Part shown: one piece after another, positions 22,619 through 33,854 of the stretch
Layout of the letters: each line of letters opens with the position of its first letter
Numbering within the stretch: position 1 is the first letter of the stretch
Assembly (NCBI GenBank): GCA_044222065.1
Contig: JBGAOA010000005.1
Location: forward strand, 1 to 64,000
Direction of reading: 5' to 3'
From: Candidatus Eiseniibacteriota bacterium
Lineage (GTDB): Bacteria; Eisenbacteria; RBG-16-71-46
DNA length: 64,000 nt
Translations under genes and position numbers: made by a program
The notes under the pieces: model-generated
Told to the model about the DNA's origin: nothing
What the model saw: the letters and a program-made list of their open reading frames with translations, nothing else
The model's database searches: none

Positions 22619-23194
22619 ATGAGCGCGAAGACGATCGCCGTCACCCGCAGCGCGATGGGCATCCCTACCGGCCGGCTGGCCGTGTGGTGGGTGCTCGTCT
22701 CCGAAATCGTGATCTTCGGAGGCGTGCTCGTCTCCTACATCATGAACCGGCTCGGCCACGCGGACTGGGCCGACCAGGCCTCGCACACGAACATGTGGCT
22801 CGGCGCGTTCAACACGCTCGTGCTGCTCAGCTCGAGCCTGTCGGCGGTGCTCGCGCACCAGGCGGCCGAGCAGGGCAACGGCCCGAAGGCGGCGCGGCTG
22901 CTCACGTTCACGATCCTCGGCGGCCTCGTGTTCCTGATCGTGAAGTCGTTCGAGTGGACGCACGAGATCCGCGAGGGCTTCACGATCCAGTCCGGCGGCT
23001 TCTGGTCGTACTACTACACGGCCGCGGGCCTGCACGCGTTCCACGTCATCGCCGGCATGGCGATCATGGCGTGGGTCGCGACGACGGCGGCGAAGAACCA
23101 GGAGCTGCACCGCGTCGAGAACGTCGGGATCTACTGGCACTTCGTCGACATCGTCTGGATCTTCCTGTTCCCGCTGCTGTACATCGCCAAGTAG
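22619..23194 (+). CDS. coxC: Cytochrome c oxidase subunit III-like
   Basis: SEIVIFGG, NTLVLLSSS, GLHAFHV and YWHFVDIVWIFLFPLLY. Confidence 0.92.
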   Translation: MSAKTIAVTRSAMGIPTGRLAVWWVLVSEIVIFGGVLVSYIMNRLGHADWADQASHTNMWLGAFNTLVLLSSSLSAVLAHQAAEQGNGPKAARLLTFTILGGLVFLIVKSFEWTHEIREGFTIQSGGFWSYYYTAAGLHAFHVIAGMAIMAWVATTAAKNQELHRVENVGIYWHFVDIVWIFLFPLLYIAK

Positions 23195-23204
23195 GGGAGA
23201 GCGC

Positions 23205-23591
23205 ATGTCCTCGAACGCGCACGGAGCCGCTCACGGGGCCGCCCACGGCCACCACCGCAACTACGTGAAGATCTGGGCCATCCTCGTCGGCCTGCTCGTC
23301 GTGAGCGTCGTGGGGCCGATGACGGGCATCCGCGTCGTCATGCTGATCACGGCGTTCGGCATCGCGCTCGTGAAGGCGTACATGGTGGCGAAGAACTTCA
23401 TGCACCTCGACGTCGAGAAGCCGATCGTGCACTGGGCGCTCGCGATCGCGCTCGCGTTCATGGTGATGCTGTTCGCGGGCCTGTCGCCCGACGTGATGAA
23501 GCACGAGGGCACGAACTGGAAGAAGGAATACGTCGCCTCGCCCGCTCCCGGCGCGCACCACTCGGAAGGGGAGGCGTCCCACGGGCATTGA
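23205..23591 (+). CDS. Cytochrome c oxidase subunit IV
   Basis: His-rich N-terminus, YVKIW and KAYMVAKNFMHL; 3 TM segments. Confidence 0.85.
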   Translation: MSSNAHGAAHGAAHGHHRNYVKIWAILVGLLVVSVVGPMTGIRVVMLITAFGIALVKAYMVAKNFMHLDVEKPIVHWALAIALAFMVMLFAGLSPDVMKHEGTNWKKEYVASPAPGAHHSEGEASHGH

Positions 23592-23640
23592 GCGGGCGCG
23601 CACGCCGCGACGGAACTTCGTCGATCACGGCGTCTTCGGC

Positions 23641-24159
23641 ATGGCCATCTTCGTGTTCACGGAGGTCATGCTGTTCGCGGCGTTCATCAGCGCGTTCGCG
23701 ATCGTCCAGAACGCGGCGCTACCGGGGATGTGGCCGCCACCGGGGCAGCCGCGGCTGCCGTTCGAGCGCACCGCCTTCAACACCGTCGCGCTGCTCGTGA
23801 GCGGCGTGCTGCTGTTCGTCGGGCACCGCGCGGCGCGCTCGAAGGGCGTGGCCGCGGCCGAGCGATGGCTGATCGGGGCGATCGTGCTCGGCGCGTTCTT
23901 CGTGTTCGCGCAGGGCGCCGAGTGGGCGGCGCTGCTCGGGCAGGGGATGACGCTCACCTCGAGCCAGGTCGGTTCGTTCTTCTACCTGATCGTGGGCGCC
24001 CACGCGCTGCACGCGGTCGCGGCGATCCTCGCGCTCGTCGTGTGCTGGGTGCGCCTGCGAGCGGGCCGGCTCACGAGTTCGGTGTTCGGCACCGTCCAGC
24101 TGTTCTGGTACTTCGTCGTGCTGATGTGGCCGTTCCTCTACCTGGTGGTGTACCGGTGA
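23641..24159 (+). CDS. Second cytochrome c oxidase subunit III-like protein (the true start may be upstream, at 23581)
   Basis: TEVMLFAAFISA, NTVALLVSG, GAHALHA and FWYFVV. Confidence 0.85.
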   Translation: MAIFVFTEVMLFAAFISAFAIVQNAALPGMWPPPGQPRLPFERTAFNTVALLVSGVLLFVGHRAARSKGVAAAERWLIGAIVLGAFFVFAQGAEWAALLGQGMTLTSSQVGSFFYLIVGAHALHAVAAILALVVCWVRLRAGRLTSSVFGTVQLFWYFVVLMWPFLYLVVYR

Positions 24160-24425
24160 GGCGGCTCGTGGCGATCGCCGCCGGGGTGCTGCTGCCGGCC
24201 GCGTGCGAGGCGTGCGCGGTGTGCGGCGCGGGTGGAGACCGCAACCGGCTCGCGTTCTTCTGGACGACGGTCTTCCTGTCGCTGCTGCCGCTCGGAATGC
24301 TCGCGGGCGGCGCCGTCTTCCTGTGGCGGGCGATGCGCCGCCGCGAACCGGAGCGTCGCGTGGAATCGGCCGTTCGAGCCGACGGCCCGACGTCGTCGTA
24401 CGCGCCGGCGCCCGGGCCGCGCTGA
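24156..24425 (+). CDS. Small CxxC membrane protein at the end of the cox operon
   Basis: GTG overlaps the preceding stop. Signal-like N-terminus, ACAVCG and one TM segment. Confidence 0.65.
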   Translation: MRRLVAIAAGVLLPAACEACAVCGAGGDRNRLAFFWTTVFLSLLPLGMLAGGAVFLWRAMRRREPERRVESAVRADGPTSSYAPAPGPR

Positions 24426-24446
24426 CCGGCGGGTCACGCACCGACG

Positions 24447-24486
24447 AAAAAGGATCGAGCCCCGGAGGCCTGCGCCTCCGGGGCTC
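24447..24486 (-). terminator. Intrinsic terminator downstream of the tRNA, between convergent units
   Basis: 13-bp stem GAGCCCCGGAGGC/GCCTCCGGGGCTC, with a T-run on the minus strand (AAAAA at 24447-24451). Confidence 0.75.
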
Positions 24487-24492
24487 CCTGTT

Positions 24493-24569
<77 letters not shown>

Positions 24570-24581
24570 GCAACGGCGCGC

Positions 24582-24610
24582 AACTTAGCGATCGAGCGAG
24601 GGGAAGTCAA
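24582..24610 (-). promoter_or_regulatory. Sigma70-type promoter of tRNA-fMet
   Basis: TTGACT-N17-TAAGTT, followed by a GC-rich discriminator (GCGCGCC). Confidence 0.7.
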
Positions 24611-24759
24611 ACCGCGCGCCACGAGTTGAGGGCCGTCCAGCGCGCTCGGAACGGTTGCGCCACCTCCGGGCGCTGGCTATTCTGCGCCCCTTCGACCGGG
24701 AATCTTCGGCTCACCCGCAGGCCGCACGCGCCGCGGGACGTCACGGGGGTGGAGGCAGA

Positions 24760-25530
24760 GTGATTCGCAATCGGCTACACGCGCTGGCCCTGCTCGTCGC
24801 GGGCCTCGTCGCCGGGACCGCCGGTCAGGCGTTCGGCGCCGCCGACGTCCACAAGTTCAACCTCGTGATCTCGGCGAATCCGATGCAGATCGAGGGCGGC
24901 GACTTCACGAAGAACCTGGACTGGCTGAACGACAACGTCCTCGAGCCGCGCGGCCTCAAGGGCTTCGATCGCATCACGTACAACTGGTACTTCGAAGCGC
25001 AGATGCGCTACTTCGTGCGCCAGAACGTCGCGCTGAACGTCGGCGTCGGCCAGATGCGCAACAACACGAAGCGCGAGTACCTGCCGGCGCTCCGCCAGGA
25101 CATCCAGCTGCGCTTCGAGACGTTCGCGGTCCCGGTGCACGCGGGCGCGGCCTACTACTTCACGCCGTACAACCAGGGCGACTTCCAGGCGCGCGCCTAC
25201 GTGGGCGGCGGTCTGCTCGCGAACGTGCAGAGCCGGATCCTCTACCAGCAGTTCGAGTCGAACACCGACACGACGACGTCGCTCGGTGGCTCGCGGCTCA
25301 CGGTCGCGCGCCGCAACGCGCCCGGCTTCTACGGCGAGATGGGCGTGCACATGTTCTTCGCATCGCGCTTCTCGGTGATCCTCGGCGCGATCTACCGCAG
25401 CGCGAAGGCCGACGACCTCCGCGACCGCGACACCGGCGAGCCGGTGCTCAACCTGTTCGACGGCAAGCCCGCGTCGGTGGACCTGTCGGGAATCGGCGCG
25501 CGCCTCGGAGTGGCGATAGGCCTTCCGTAG
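24760..25530 (+). CDS. Exported protein, probable outer-membrane beta-barrel
   Basis: GTG follows GGAGG. Signal peptide and alternating amphipathic strands (YFEAQMRYF, VHAGAAYYF, GARLGVAIGL). Confidence 0.7.
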   Translation: MIRNRLHALALLVAGLVAGTAGQAFGAADVHKFNLVISANPMQIEGGDFTKNLDWLNDNVLEPRGLKGFDRITYNWYFEAQMRYFVRQNVALNVGVGQMRNNTKREYLPALRQDIQLRFETFAVPVHAGAAYYFTPYNQGDFQARAYVGGGLLANVQSRILYQQFESNTDTTTSLGGSRLTVARRNAPGFYGEMGVHMFFASRFSVILGAIYRSAKADDLRDRDTGEPVLNLFDGKPASVDLSGIGARLGVAIGLP

Positions 25531-25541
25531 CGCGCGGGACG

Positions 25542-25582
25542 CGCGAACGCCCCGTCCGGGAAGCCCGGGCGGGGCGTTCGCG
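25542..25582. terminator. Hairpin between convergent genes (probable bidirectional terminator)
   Basis: CGCGAACGCCCCGTCCGGG-AAG-CCCGGGCGGGGCGTTCGCG. Confidence 0.65.
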
Positions 25583-25597
25583 TTTCGGCGACCGCAT

Positions 25598-25960
25598 TCA
25601 GCGCGCGAGCGTGTCGGAGGCGGGCGCCTGGATGCGGTAGACGATCTCGCCCTTGCGGGCCATGCCGTCGCGCTCGCGCAGCACGCGCTCGGCGCGCAGG
25701 CGGCGCAAATCGGGATCGTCGCGCTCGGCCTCGAGCTTCGAAATCTGGGTGCGCGCCTCGGCCAGCGCGCGCTTCGACTGTGCGCTCTCGCGCGAGAGGC
25801 GCCAGATGCGCCACAGGCTGTGGTCGGAGACGAACCCGACCCAGACGCCCCAGACGCCGAGCAGCAGCCAGAGCAGCGGGAGCCGCCTGCGAAGCGGGTC
25901 GGGACCGGGGCCGAAACGCGAGCCCCGATGACGCTCGAGGCGACGTACGAAGTCGCTCAT
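25598..25960 (-). CDS. ftsB: Septum formation initiator (FtsB/DivIC family)
   Basis: One TM segment, a coiled coil and ERVLRERDGMARKGEIVY; lies directly downstream of eno, the conserved synteny. Confidence 0.82.
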   Translation of the reverse strand: MSDFVRRLERHRGSRFGPGPDPLRRRLPLLWLLLGVWGVWVGFVSDHSLWRIWRLSRESAQSKRALAEARTQISKLEAERDDPDLRRLRAERVLRERDGMARKGEIVYRIQAPASDTLAR

Positions 25961-26090
25961 GGCATCCGTGCCTTTCGCGAGGGGCCGCGCGCGCTCGCGC
26001 GGTGAGCGGCGGCCGGGTGAAGCGATCCGGTGGCCGCGCGAGGCGGCCACCGGTCCGATCGATCGTGCGGGCATCCTGCCCGCGCGCACT

Positions 26091-28143
<2,053 letters not shown>

Positions 28144-28147
<4 letters not shown>

Positions 28148-28764
28148 ACTGCGTTCATCGAGACCGGATCCACGACTATCTGGACGGACTGCTCGGCGCC
28201 GAGGAGGAGGCCGAGTTCCGGGCCCACCTCTCCGAGTGCGAGGACTGTCCCCTGGAACTCGTCGCCCTGGAGCGCGTGTTTGCCGAGGTCGAGCGCGCTC
28301 CGATGTTCGATCCTGGCGAGGCCTTCACCGAACGAGTGCTCGACGACGTGGTTCCCGCACGGCTTCGCCGGCGCTGGATCGCGGCGTTCGGCTGGAGCTA
28401 CGCCGCTGCGCTGATTCCCTGCATCGCGGTCGGCGGACTCGTGGCGTTCCACCCCGGCATCCGGGCGTTCGCCGCCGCGCTCCTCGAGACGCTGTCGCGC
28501 GGCGCGCTGCAGAACTTCGTCCTGGGGATCAACGGTCTCGGGTACCTCGCGCTGCGATTCGCCCAGGCGTTCGCGTTCGCCCAGGGCGCCTTCGACCGGC
28601 TCTCGCCGCTCGTTCGCGCCGTGCAATCCCTGCTTTCGATTCCGACGGTCGCACTCACGCTCGCGATCGCCGTCGCTTCGTGCGCCGTGCTCTTGCGCTG
28701 GATGCGCGCGCGCGACCAACGCATCCGTGGGGAGGTCCCGCATGTCGGCATCTTCGCGTTCTAG
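28144..28764 (+). CDS. Zinc-finger (ZAS/zf-HC2) membrane anti-sigma factor
   Basis: ATGA overlap with the sigma gene; YLDG, HLSECEDC (HxxxCxxC) and TM segments. Confidence 0.85.
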
Positions 28765-29881
28765 CGCAACCGAGCGGCTCCGCCGCGCGGCGCGGTCCCG
28801 GGGGCTCGCACTACTCGCCGTGCTCGCGTTCGCGGGCGGCTTCGCCTTCGACGCCTTCGCCGCGACGCCGCGCGCCGCGCGACGGATCACGGTGGGCCCT
28901 TCGGGTGTCTCGATCGAAGAAGACGGGGCGCTCGACTCGCTCGCGGTGGACTCGTCCTCGAGCCCCGGCGGATTCAGCACTCGAATCGGAGACAAGCACG
29001 TCGGCATCGTCGTGGACGCGGACGAGTCGGACATCGTCCGGCTCTTCAGCGACGTCGAAATCGCGCCGGGCGAGCACGTGGACGGCGACGTCGTCGCCGT
29101 CGTGGGATCCGTGCGCGTCGAGGGCGAGGTCACGGGCAACGTGGTCGCGGTCGGCGGATCGGTCGAGCTGCTCTCCGGCGCGCGCGTGCACGGAGACGCC
29201 GTCGCGGTCGGCGGCGGGCTGCGCCACGACGAAGGCGCGGTCGTGAACGGCGAGAGCGTATCCGTGGGCATCCTGCCGATCGGACTCGGCATTCCTGCCT
29301 TCACGTCCATGATCCTCACCGTCGTGGTCGGCTGGCTGCTGTCGGTGGGGATGGGAATCCTCCTCGCGTGGCTGTTCCCGGAGCGGTTGCGGGTCATCGG
29401 CCGCATGGCGTCGCGACGCACCGGCGCTTCGTTCTGGCTCGGACTGGTCTCGATGCCGCTCGCGGCGGTCGCCTGTTTCCTCCTGCTCGTGACGGTGATC
29501 GGCATTCCGATCGCGCTCGTGCTGCCGTTCGCCTACGGCGTCGCCGTGTGGGCGGGCACGATCTCGGCGACGTACGTGCTCGGCTGCAAGATCCTGCGCC
29601 GCGCCGTGGGCGAAGGCGGGCTGCTCGGACCCGTGATCGCGGGCTCTTCGTTCATCGCGCTGTTCTTCGTGGCCGCCGCGATCACCTCGCAGCCGCCGGG
29701 GTTCGCGCGGACGATCGCGCTCTTCCTGCTCGCGTTCGGCGGACTGCTCGCCTTCGCGCTGTCGTGGATCGGGACGGGCGCCCTGCTGCTCTCGCGCTTC
29801 GGCTCGGCGTCGCGACCGGCGGCGGAGCCAGTCGCGCCCGCGGCGTTCGGCGCCGGCACGGCGGTCCCGCTCGGATCCTGA
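28742..29881 (+). CDS. Membrane protein with beta-helical (bactofilin/polymer-forming-like) repeats
   Basis: Repeats of V.GDVVAVGG, followed by about 5 TM segments; third gene of the ECF operon. Confidence 0.72.
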   Translation: MSASSRSSATERLRRAARSRGLALLAVLAFAGGFAFDAFAATPRAARRITVGPSGVSIEEDGALDSLAVDSSSSPGGFSTRIGDKHVGIVVDADESDIVRLFSDVEIAPGEHVDGDVVAVVGSVRVEGEVTGNVVAVGGSVELLSGARVHGDAVAVGGGLRHDEGAVVNGESVSVGILPIGLGIPAFTSMILTVVVGWLLSVGMGILLAWLFPERLRVIGRMASRRTGASFWLGLVSMPLAAVACFLLLVTVIGIPIALVLPFAYGVAVWAGTISATYVLGCKILRRAVGEGGLLGPVIAGSSFIALFFVAAAITSQPPGFARTIALFLLAFGGLLAFALSWIGTGALLLSRFGSASRPAAEPVAPAAFGAGTAVPLGS

Positions 29882-30118
29882 GTCCGTTCGCGCCGCCGGC
29901 GCTGGGGGAGGCCTCCCAGGGTCGGCGGCGCGGTGGGGAATCCCGCCCAGCATGAGCGCCCAAGGCGCCCCGCGTAGCTTCGGCGGGCTCCGTGATGCCA
30001 CGGCCGCCACGCCCCGAAGCGCTTGTCGCAAAACGATCTGGGAAGGGCGGGGCGCACGAGCGTCCCGCGAGCTTCGAGCGCATTGCGGTTGGCATGTTTG
30101 TGGCCCTCCGTTCCGGGC

Positions 30119-31126
30119 ATGGGATCGCTCGTTCGACTCGCTCGCCGTGCCTCGGCCATCGCCGCCGTTCTCGCCCTGATCGCCGTCACGCCAATCGCCG
30201 CCAACGAACTCGGGGCCTCGTCGCCGAGCGCCGGGTTCACCCTTCACGACGCGGACGAGACGCTGCGCGACTACTGCGCGCTCGACGACCAGGGCCGACT
30301 CTGGCTCACGCTTCCGGGCGGCACGCGCTGGGAACTCGTGACCTCGACCGCCGATCCCGCGGTCGCGAACCCCGGCGATGGCGCGTTCCATCCCTTCGAC
30401 CCCGCCGAGGTGCGCGCCGCGCTCGATGAGATCCGGTGTCCGCTCGACGGCGTGGACGCCGAGATCTTCCTGCTGCCGTTCCCCCGTCGTGCGGGCCTCG
30501 AATCCGCGGCGGGCCCGGGGCTGATCCTGCTTTCGCCCGGCGTCGCTGCGATCGCGCGCGAACACCAGCACGCCCAGCTCGCTCACGAACTCGGCCACGT
30601 CTACCAGTACCGGCACCTACCCGACGGGGACGCGAACGGCTGGCAACGCTACCGCGCGCTGAGGGGCATCACGGACGAATCGCAGTACGGCGCCACGAGT
30701 GTTCACGCCAACCGTCCGCACGAGATCTTCGCCGAGGACTTCCGCGCGCTCTTCGGTGGAGCGCTCGCGAACTACTCCGGAACGATCGAGAACGGAGAGC
30801 TCGTGCCCCCGGCGCTCGTGCCCGGTCTCGATCGCTTCCTGATCGGACTCTCCGAGCGCGAGTTCATCGCCGCGCTGTCGGCGTGGCCGTCGCCCTCGAG
30901 CGGCCCGGTCCGATTCTCGATTCCGCGCGAGACCGACGCGCCGCTCGATCTCTTCGACGCGAGCGGTCGGCGGATCGCGACGCTCGAAGGGCGCCGCTCG
31001 GCGGCGGGATCGCTGTGGTCTTGGAGCGGCGCGTCCGACGACGGGCGACTCGTGCACTCGGGCGTCGTGTTCGCACGCGTGCGCGAGACCCACGGAGAGA
31101 CGCTTCGGCTCGTCGTCGCGCGCTGA
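30119..31126 (+). CDS. Exported zinc metallopeptidase-like protein with a C-terminal FlgD-Ig/T9SS-type domain
   Basis: Signal peptide; AHELGH plus downstream HEIFAEDF; C-terminus LFDASGRRIATL..W.G..SGVVFARV. Confidence 0.68.
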   Translation: MGSLVRLARRASAIAAVLALIAVTPIAANELGASSPSAGFTLHDADETLRDYCALDDQGRLWLTLPGGTRWELVTSTADPAVANPGDGAFHPFDPAEVRAALDEIRCPLDGVDAEIFLLPFPRRAGLESAAGPGLILLSPGVAAIAREHQHAQLAHELGHVYQYRHLPDGDANGWQRYRALRGITDESQYGATSVHANRPHEIFAEDFRALFGGALANYSGTIENGELVPPALVPGLDRFLIGLSEREFIAALSAWPSPSSGPVRFSIPRETDAPLDLFDASGRRIATLEGRRSAAGSLWSWSGASDDGRLVHSGVVFARVRETHGETLRLVVAR

Positions 31127-31244
31127 GTCGCCCCGCACCGCGGCCGAGAAAGTCCTTGGAGTGCGCGTCGCGCGTCCCTAGAATTCCGCTCCCCCCCGGC
31201 TCCGCGCACACCACCCGTCCCCCGCATCAAGGAAGATCGAGCTC

Positions 31245-33170
31245 ATGGACGCGCTGGCGCAGACGCGACGGCCTCGGATCGTCGTATTTCCCCTTCATTC
31301 CCTGCTCTTCGGGCTGCTGAGTCTCGCCGCCCTCGGAGCACCGCCCCCCGTGATCGCGGCTCCGCCGGGGGCCCCACAGAAGGTCGGAGGGCCGCTCCCT
31401 TCCGAGCCCGTGCCGATCAGCCGGCCGCTCGCCGTGAGCGTGAGCGATCCGGACGGGGACAGCCTCACGGTGCGCTTCTTCGGACGCTCCGTCGCAGGCA
31501 CGCCACCTTCGGACTTCACGCTGATCGGGCTGCCCGACACGCAGTTCTACACGGCCGCCATGTACGGCGCCTCTCCGGGCATGTTGTACGCGCAGACGTC
31601 TTGGACGGTCGCGCAGCGCGTGGCGCGCAACATCCGCTACGCGGTACAGCTCGGGGATTGCGTCGAGCACGGCGAGAACGCCGGGAACCCGATCGAGTGG
31701 GCGCGCGCGGACACCGCATTCCGGATGTTCGAGAATCCGGCATCGGCGGCGCGCGTGGACGGATTGCCCTACGGCATGTGCGTCGGGAATCACGACCAGC
31801 TCGGCAACTACAACGGTCGCTGGGTGTCGTACGAGCGCTGGTTCGGCGCGCCACGATTCGCGGGTCGGGATTACTACGGCGGGCACTGGGGCGCCGCGAG
31901 CGCCAACTGGTTCGAGCTGTTCGACGCGAGCGGCTGCGAGTTCATCGTGATCGGCCTCGACTTCGCCGAGACGCCGAATCCCCCAGTGCTCCACTGGGCG
32001 GACAGCCTGCTCAAGGCGTACCCGAGCCGCCTCGGCATCGTCGCGAGCCACTACCTGCTCGAGGTGCCGACGCGTCCGGACACGGTGCCGGCGTTCTCGG
32101 CGCTCGGGGCGGCGGCCTACGACTCGCTCAAGGACAATCCGAACCTGCGGCTGTTGCTCGCGGCGCACCTGCTCTCCGAGGCGCGCCGCTCGGACGTGTA
32201 CGCCGGACGCACCGTGCATTCGCTGCTCTCGAACTACCAGGGTCGTCCGAACGGCGGGGACGGGCGCCTGCGCATCCTCGAGTTCTCGCCCGCGCGCGGG
32301 CAGCTTCGCGTGCGGACCTACTCGCCCTGGACGAACTCGTTCGAGACCGACGCGGATTCGAGCAGCCAGTTCACCCTGCCGTTCGACTTCGGCACTACGA
32401 CCGCGTTCGAGCAGATCGGAAGCGTGCGCGTCGCGTCGAATTCGCAGACCGGGATCTCGTGGCCGGCCCGGCGCCCCGAGTCGAACTACGAGTGGTACGT
32501 CACGGCGGACGACGGTCAGTCGCGCATCACGAGCGCGACCTGGAATCTCGTGACCGCCGAAGTCACGCCGCCCGTCGTGCACCTGCTGTCGCCGAACGGC
32601 GGCGGGGTGGTCGAGTCGGGCGGGTCGATGGAAGTGCGCTGGACCGCGACGGACAACGTGGGCGTCACGAGCGTGAACCTCCAGTACTCGAAGACCGGCG
32701 CGGGCGGCCCGTGGCTGCCGCTCGCCTCGAACGTCGCGAACACCGGCGCGCTGATCGTCACGGCGCCCTCCGTCGCCACCGCGAACGCCTTCGTCCGCGT
32801 GCTCGCGCGCGATGCCGCGATGAACACGGCGATCGACGCGAGCGACCAGCCGTTCACCCTGCACGCCCAGGTGGACGCGGGGACGCGGTCCGCGCTCGAG
32901 TGGTCGCTCGGACCGGCGACACCCAATCCGGCGCGCGACGCGGTGCGCTTCGACTACGCGCTCGCCGAACCCGGCGGCGCCGAGATCGAGGTGTTCGATC
33001 CCCTGGGACGACGCGTCGCGGTGCTCGCAACCGGCGTGCGGACGCCCGGTCGCTATTCGGCGCGCTGGGATGGCGCGTCCGGCGGCGGACGTGCGCGGCC
33101 GGGGCTCTACGTCGTGCGATTGCGCGCCGGCGGCCGCGAACTCACGCGGCGATTCGTCTGGCTGCCGTGA
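31245..33170 (+). CDS. Exported calcineurin-like metallophosphoesterase with Ig-like and FlgD-Ig/T9SS-type domains
   Basis: LPDTQFY, LGDCV, GNHD and SHYLL; SPNGG Ig domain; PNPAR..FDPLGRRV..WDG..PGLYVVRL. Confidence 0.82.
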   Translation: MDALAQTRRPRIVVFPLHSLLFGLLSLAALGAPPPVIAAPPGAPQKVGGPLPSEPVPISRPLAVSVSDPDGDSLTVRFFGRSVAGTPPSDFTLIGLPDTQFYTAAMYGASPGMLYAQTSWTVAQRVARNIRYAVQLGDCVEHGENAGNPIEWARADTAFRMFENPASAARVDGLPYGMCVGNHDQLGNYNGRWVSYERWFGAPRFAGRDYYGGHWGAASANWFELFDASGCEFIVIGLDFAETPNPPVLHWADSLLKAYPSRLGIVASHYLLEVPTRPDTVPAFSALGAAAYDSLKDNPNLRLLLAAHLLSEARRSDVYAGRTVHSLLSNYQGRPNGGDGRLRILEFSPARGQLRVRTYSPWTNSFETDADSSSQFTLPFDFGTTTAFEQIGSVRVASNSQTGISWPARRPESNYEWYVTADDGQSRITSATWNLVTAEVTPPVVHLLSPNGGGVVESGGSMEVRWTATDNVGVTSVNLQYSKTGAGGPWLPLASNVANTGALIVTAPSVATANAFVRVLARDAAMNTAIDASDQPFTLHAQVDAGTRSALEWSLGPATPNPARDAVRFDYALAEPGGAEIEVFDPLGRRVAVLATGVRTPGRYSARWDGASGGGRARPGLYVVRLRAGGRELTRRFVWLP

Positions 33171-33179
33171 AGCGGCGCG

Positions 33180-33851
33180 TCACTCGATCCCGTCGTCGAA
33201 CTCGACGGACAGCGCCCGGGCTCGCTGGTCGCCGAAGCCGGCGAAGTTGCGCACGGCGTCGAACATGGATCGCGGCAGCTCCGTGATCGCGCCGAAGCCC
33301 TCGCCGCGCTGGGTGTCCACCTCACCCGAAAGCCAGCCCTCGAGCTGCTCCACGTCCTCGACGCTGAGCGGCTGCACGGTGGCGTACACGGCGACGTAGT
33401 AGCGGCCGCCGCTCTGCAGCCGCGTCGCGGGCGAGAACTGCATCGCGATCGGACGGGAGAGTTCGCTCCGAAGCGAATCGAGCGAACCCACCAGCGCGAT
33501 CGGGCTGCCGCGACGCTGCACGCGATAGACGCGCGCCCACGCGTCGAACTGCACGCGGAACTGGCCGTCGGTCGAGGCCTCGAGCTTGTCGAACCAGGCC
33601 GTGCGCTTGCGCCAGAGTTCCGCGCGCAGTTGGACGCGCGCGGGCATCCCGCGCGAGAGACTCTCCTCGACGCGCGGAGAAAAGAGGTCGCTCATCCGCG
33701 CTTCGACCCACAGCGACTCGCCGACGCGCCGGACGCGGGGCTCGGACAGCTCGAGCGCGCCGAGCGGCCCCGCGACGCACGTCACGACGAGCGTCGCGAC
33801 GAGCAGGACGAGGGTCCGCGCGGGACCGGATTCGGGGAGCGGGGAGCGCAT
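33180..33851 (-). CDS. Exported DUF4390-like protein
   Basis: Signal segment; SPRVEESLSRGMP, ELWRKRTAWFD and FDAWARVYRV; lies downstream of an NtrY/NtrX-like pair. Confidence 0.65.
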   Translation of the reverse strand: MRSPLPESGPARTLVLLVATLVVTCVAGPLGALELSEPRVRRVGESLWVEARMSDLFSPRVEESLSRGMPARVQLRAELWRKRTAWFDKLEASTDGQFRVQFDAWARVYRVQRRGSPIALVGSLDSLRSELSRPIAMQFSPATRLQSGGRYYVAVYATVQPLSVEDVEQLEGWLSGEVDTQRGEGFGAITELPRSMFDAVRNFAGFGDQRARALSVEFDDGIE

Positions 33852-33854
33852 CGG

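Noticed and set aside
29885..30060. Intergenic hairpins with GGGAA, GCCAC and GGGAAGG, reminiscent of a cobalamin riboswitch
   Set aside because: The order and spacing of conserved elements could not be matched, and the downstream gene is unrelated to B12. An Rfam scan would settle it.
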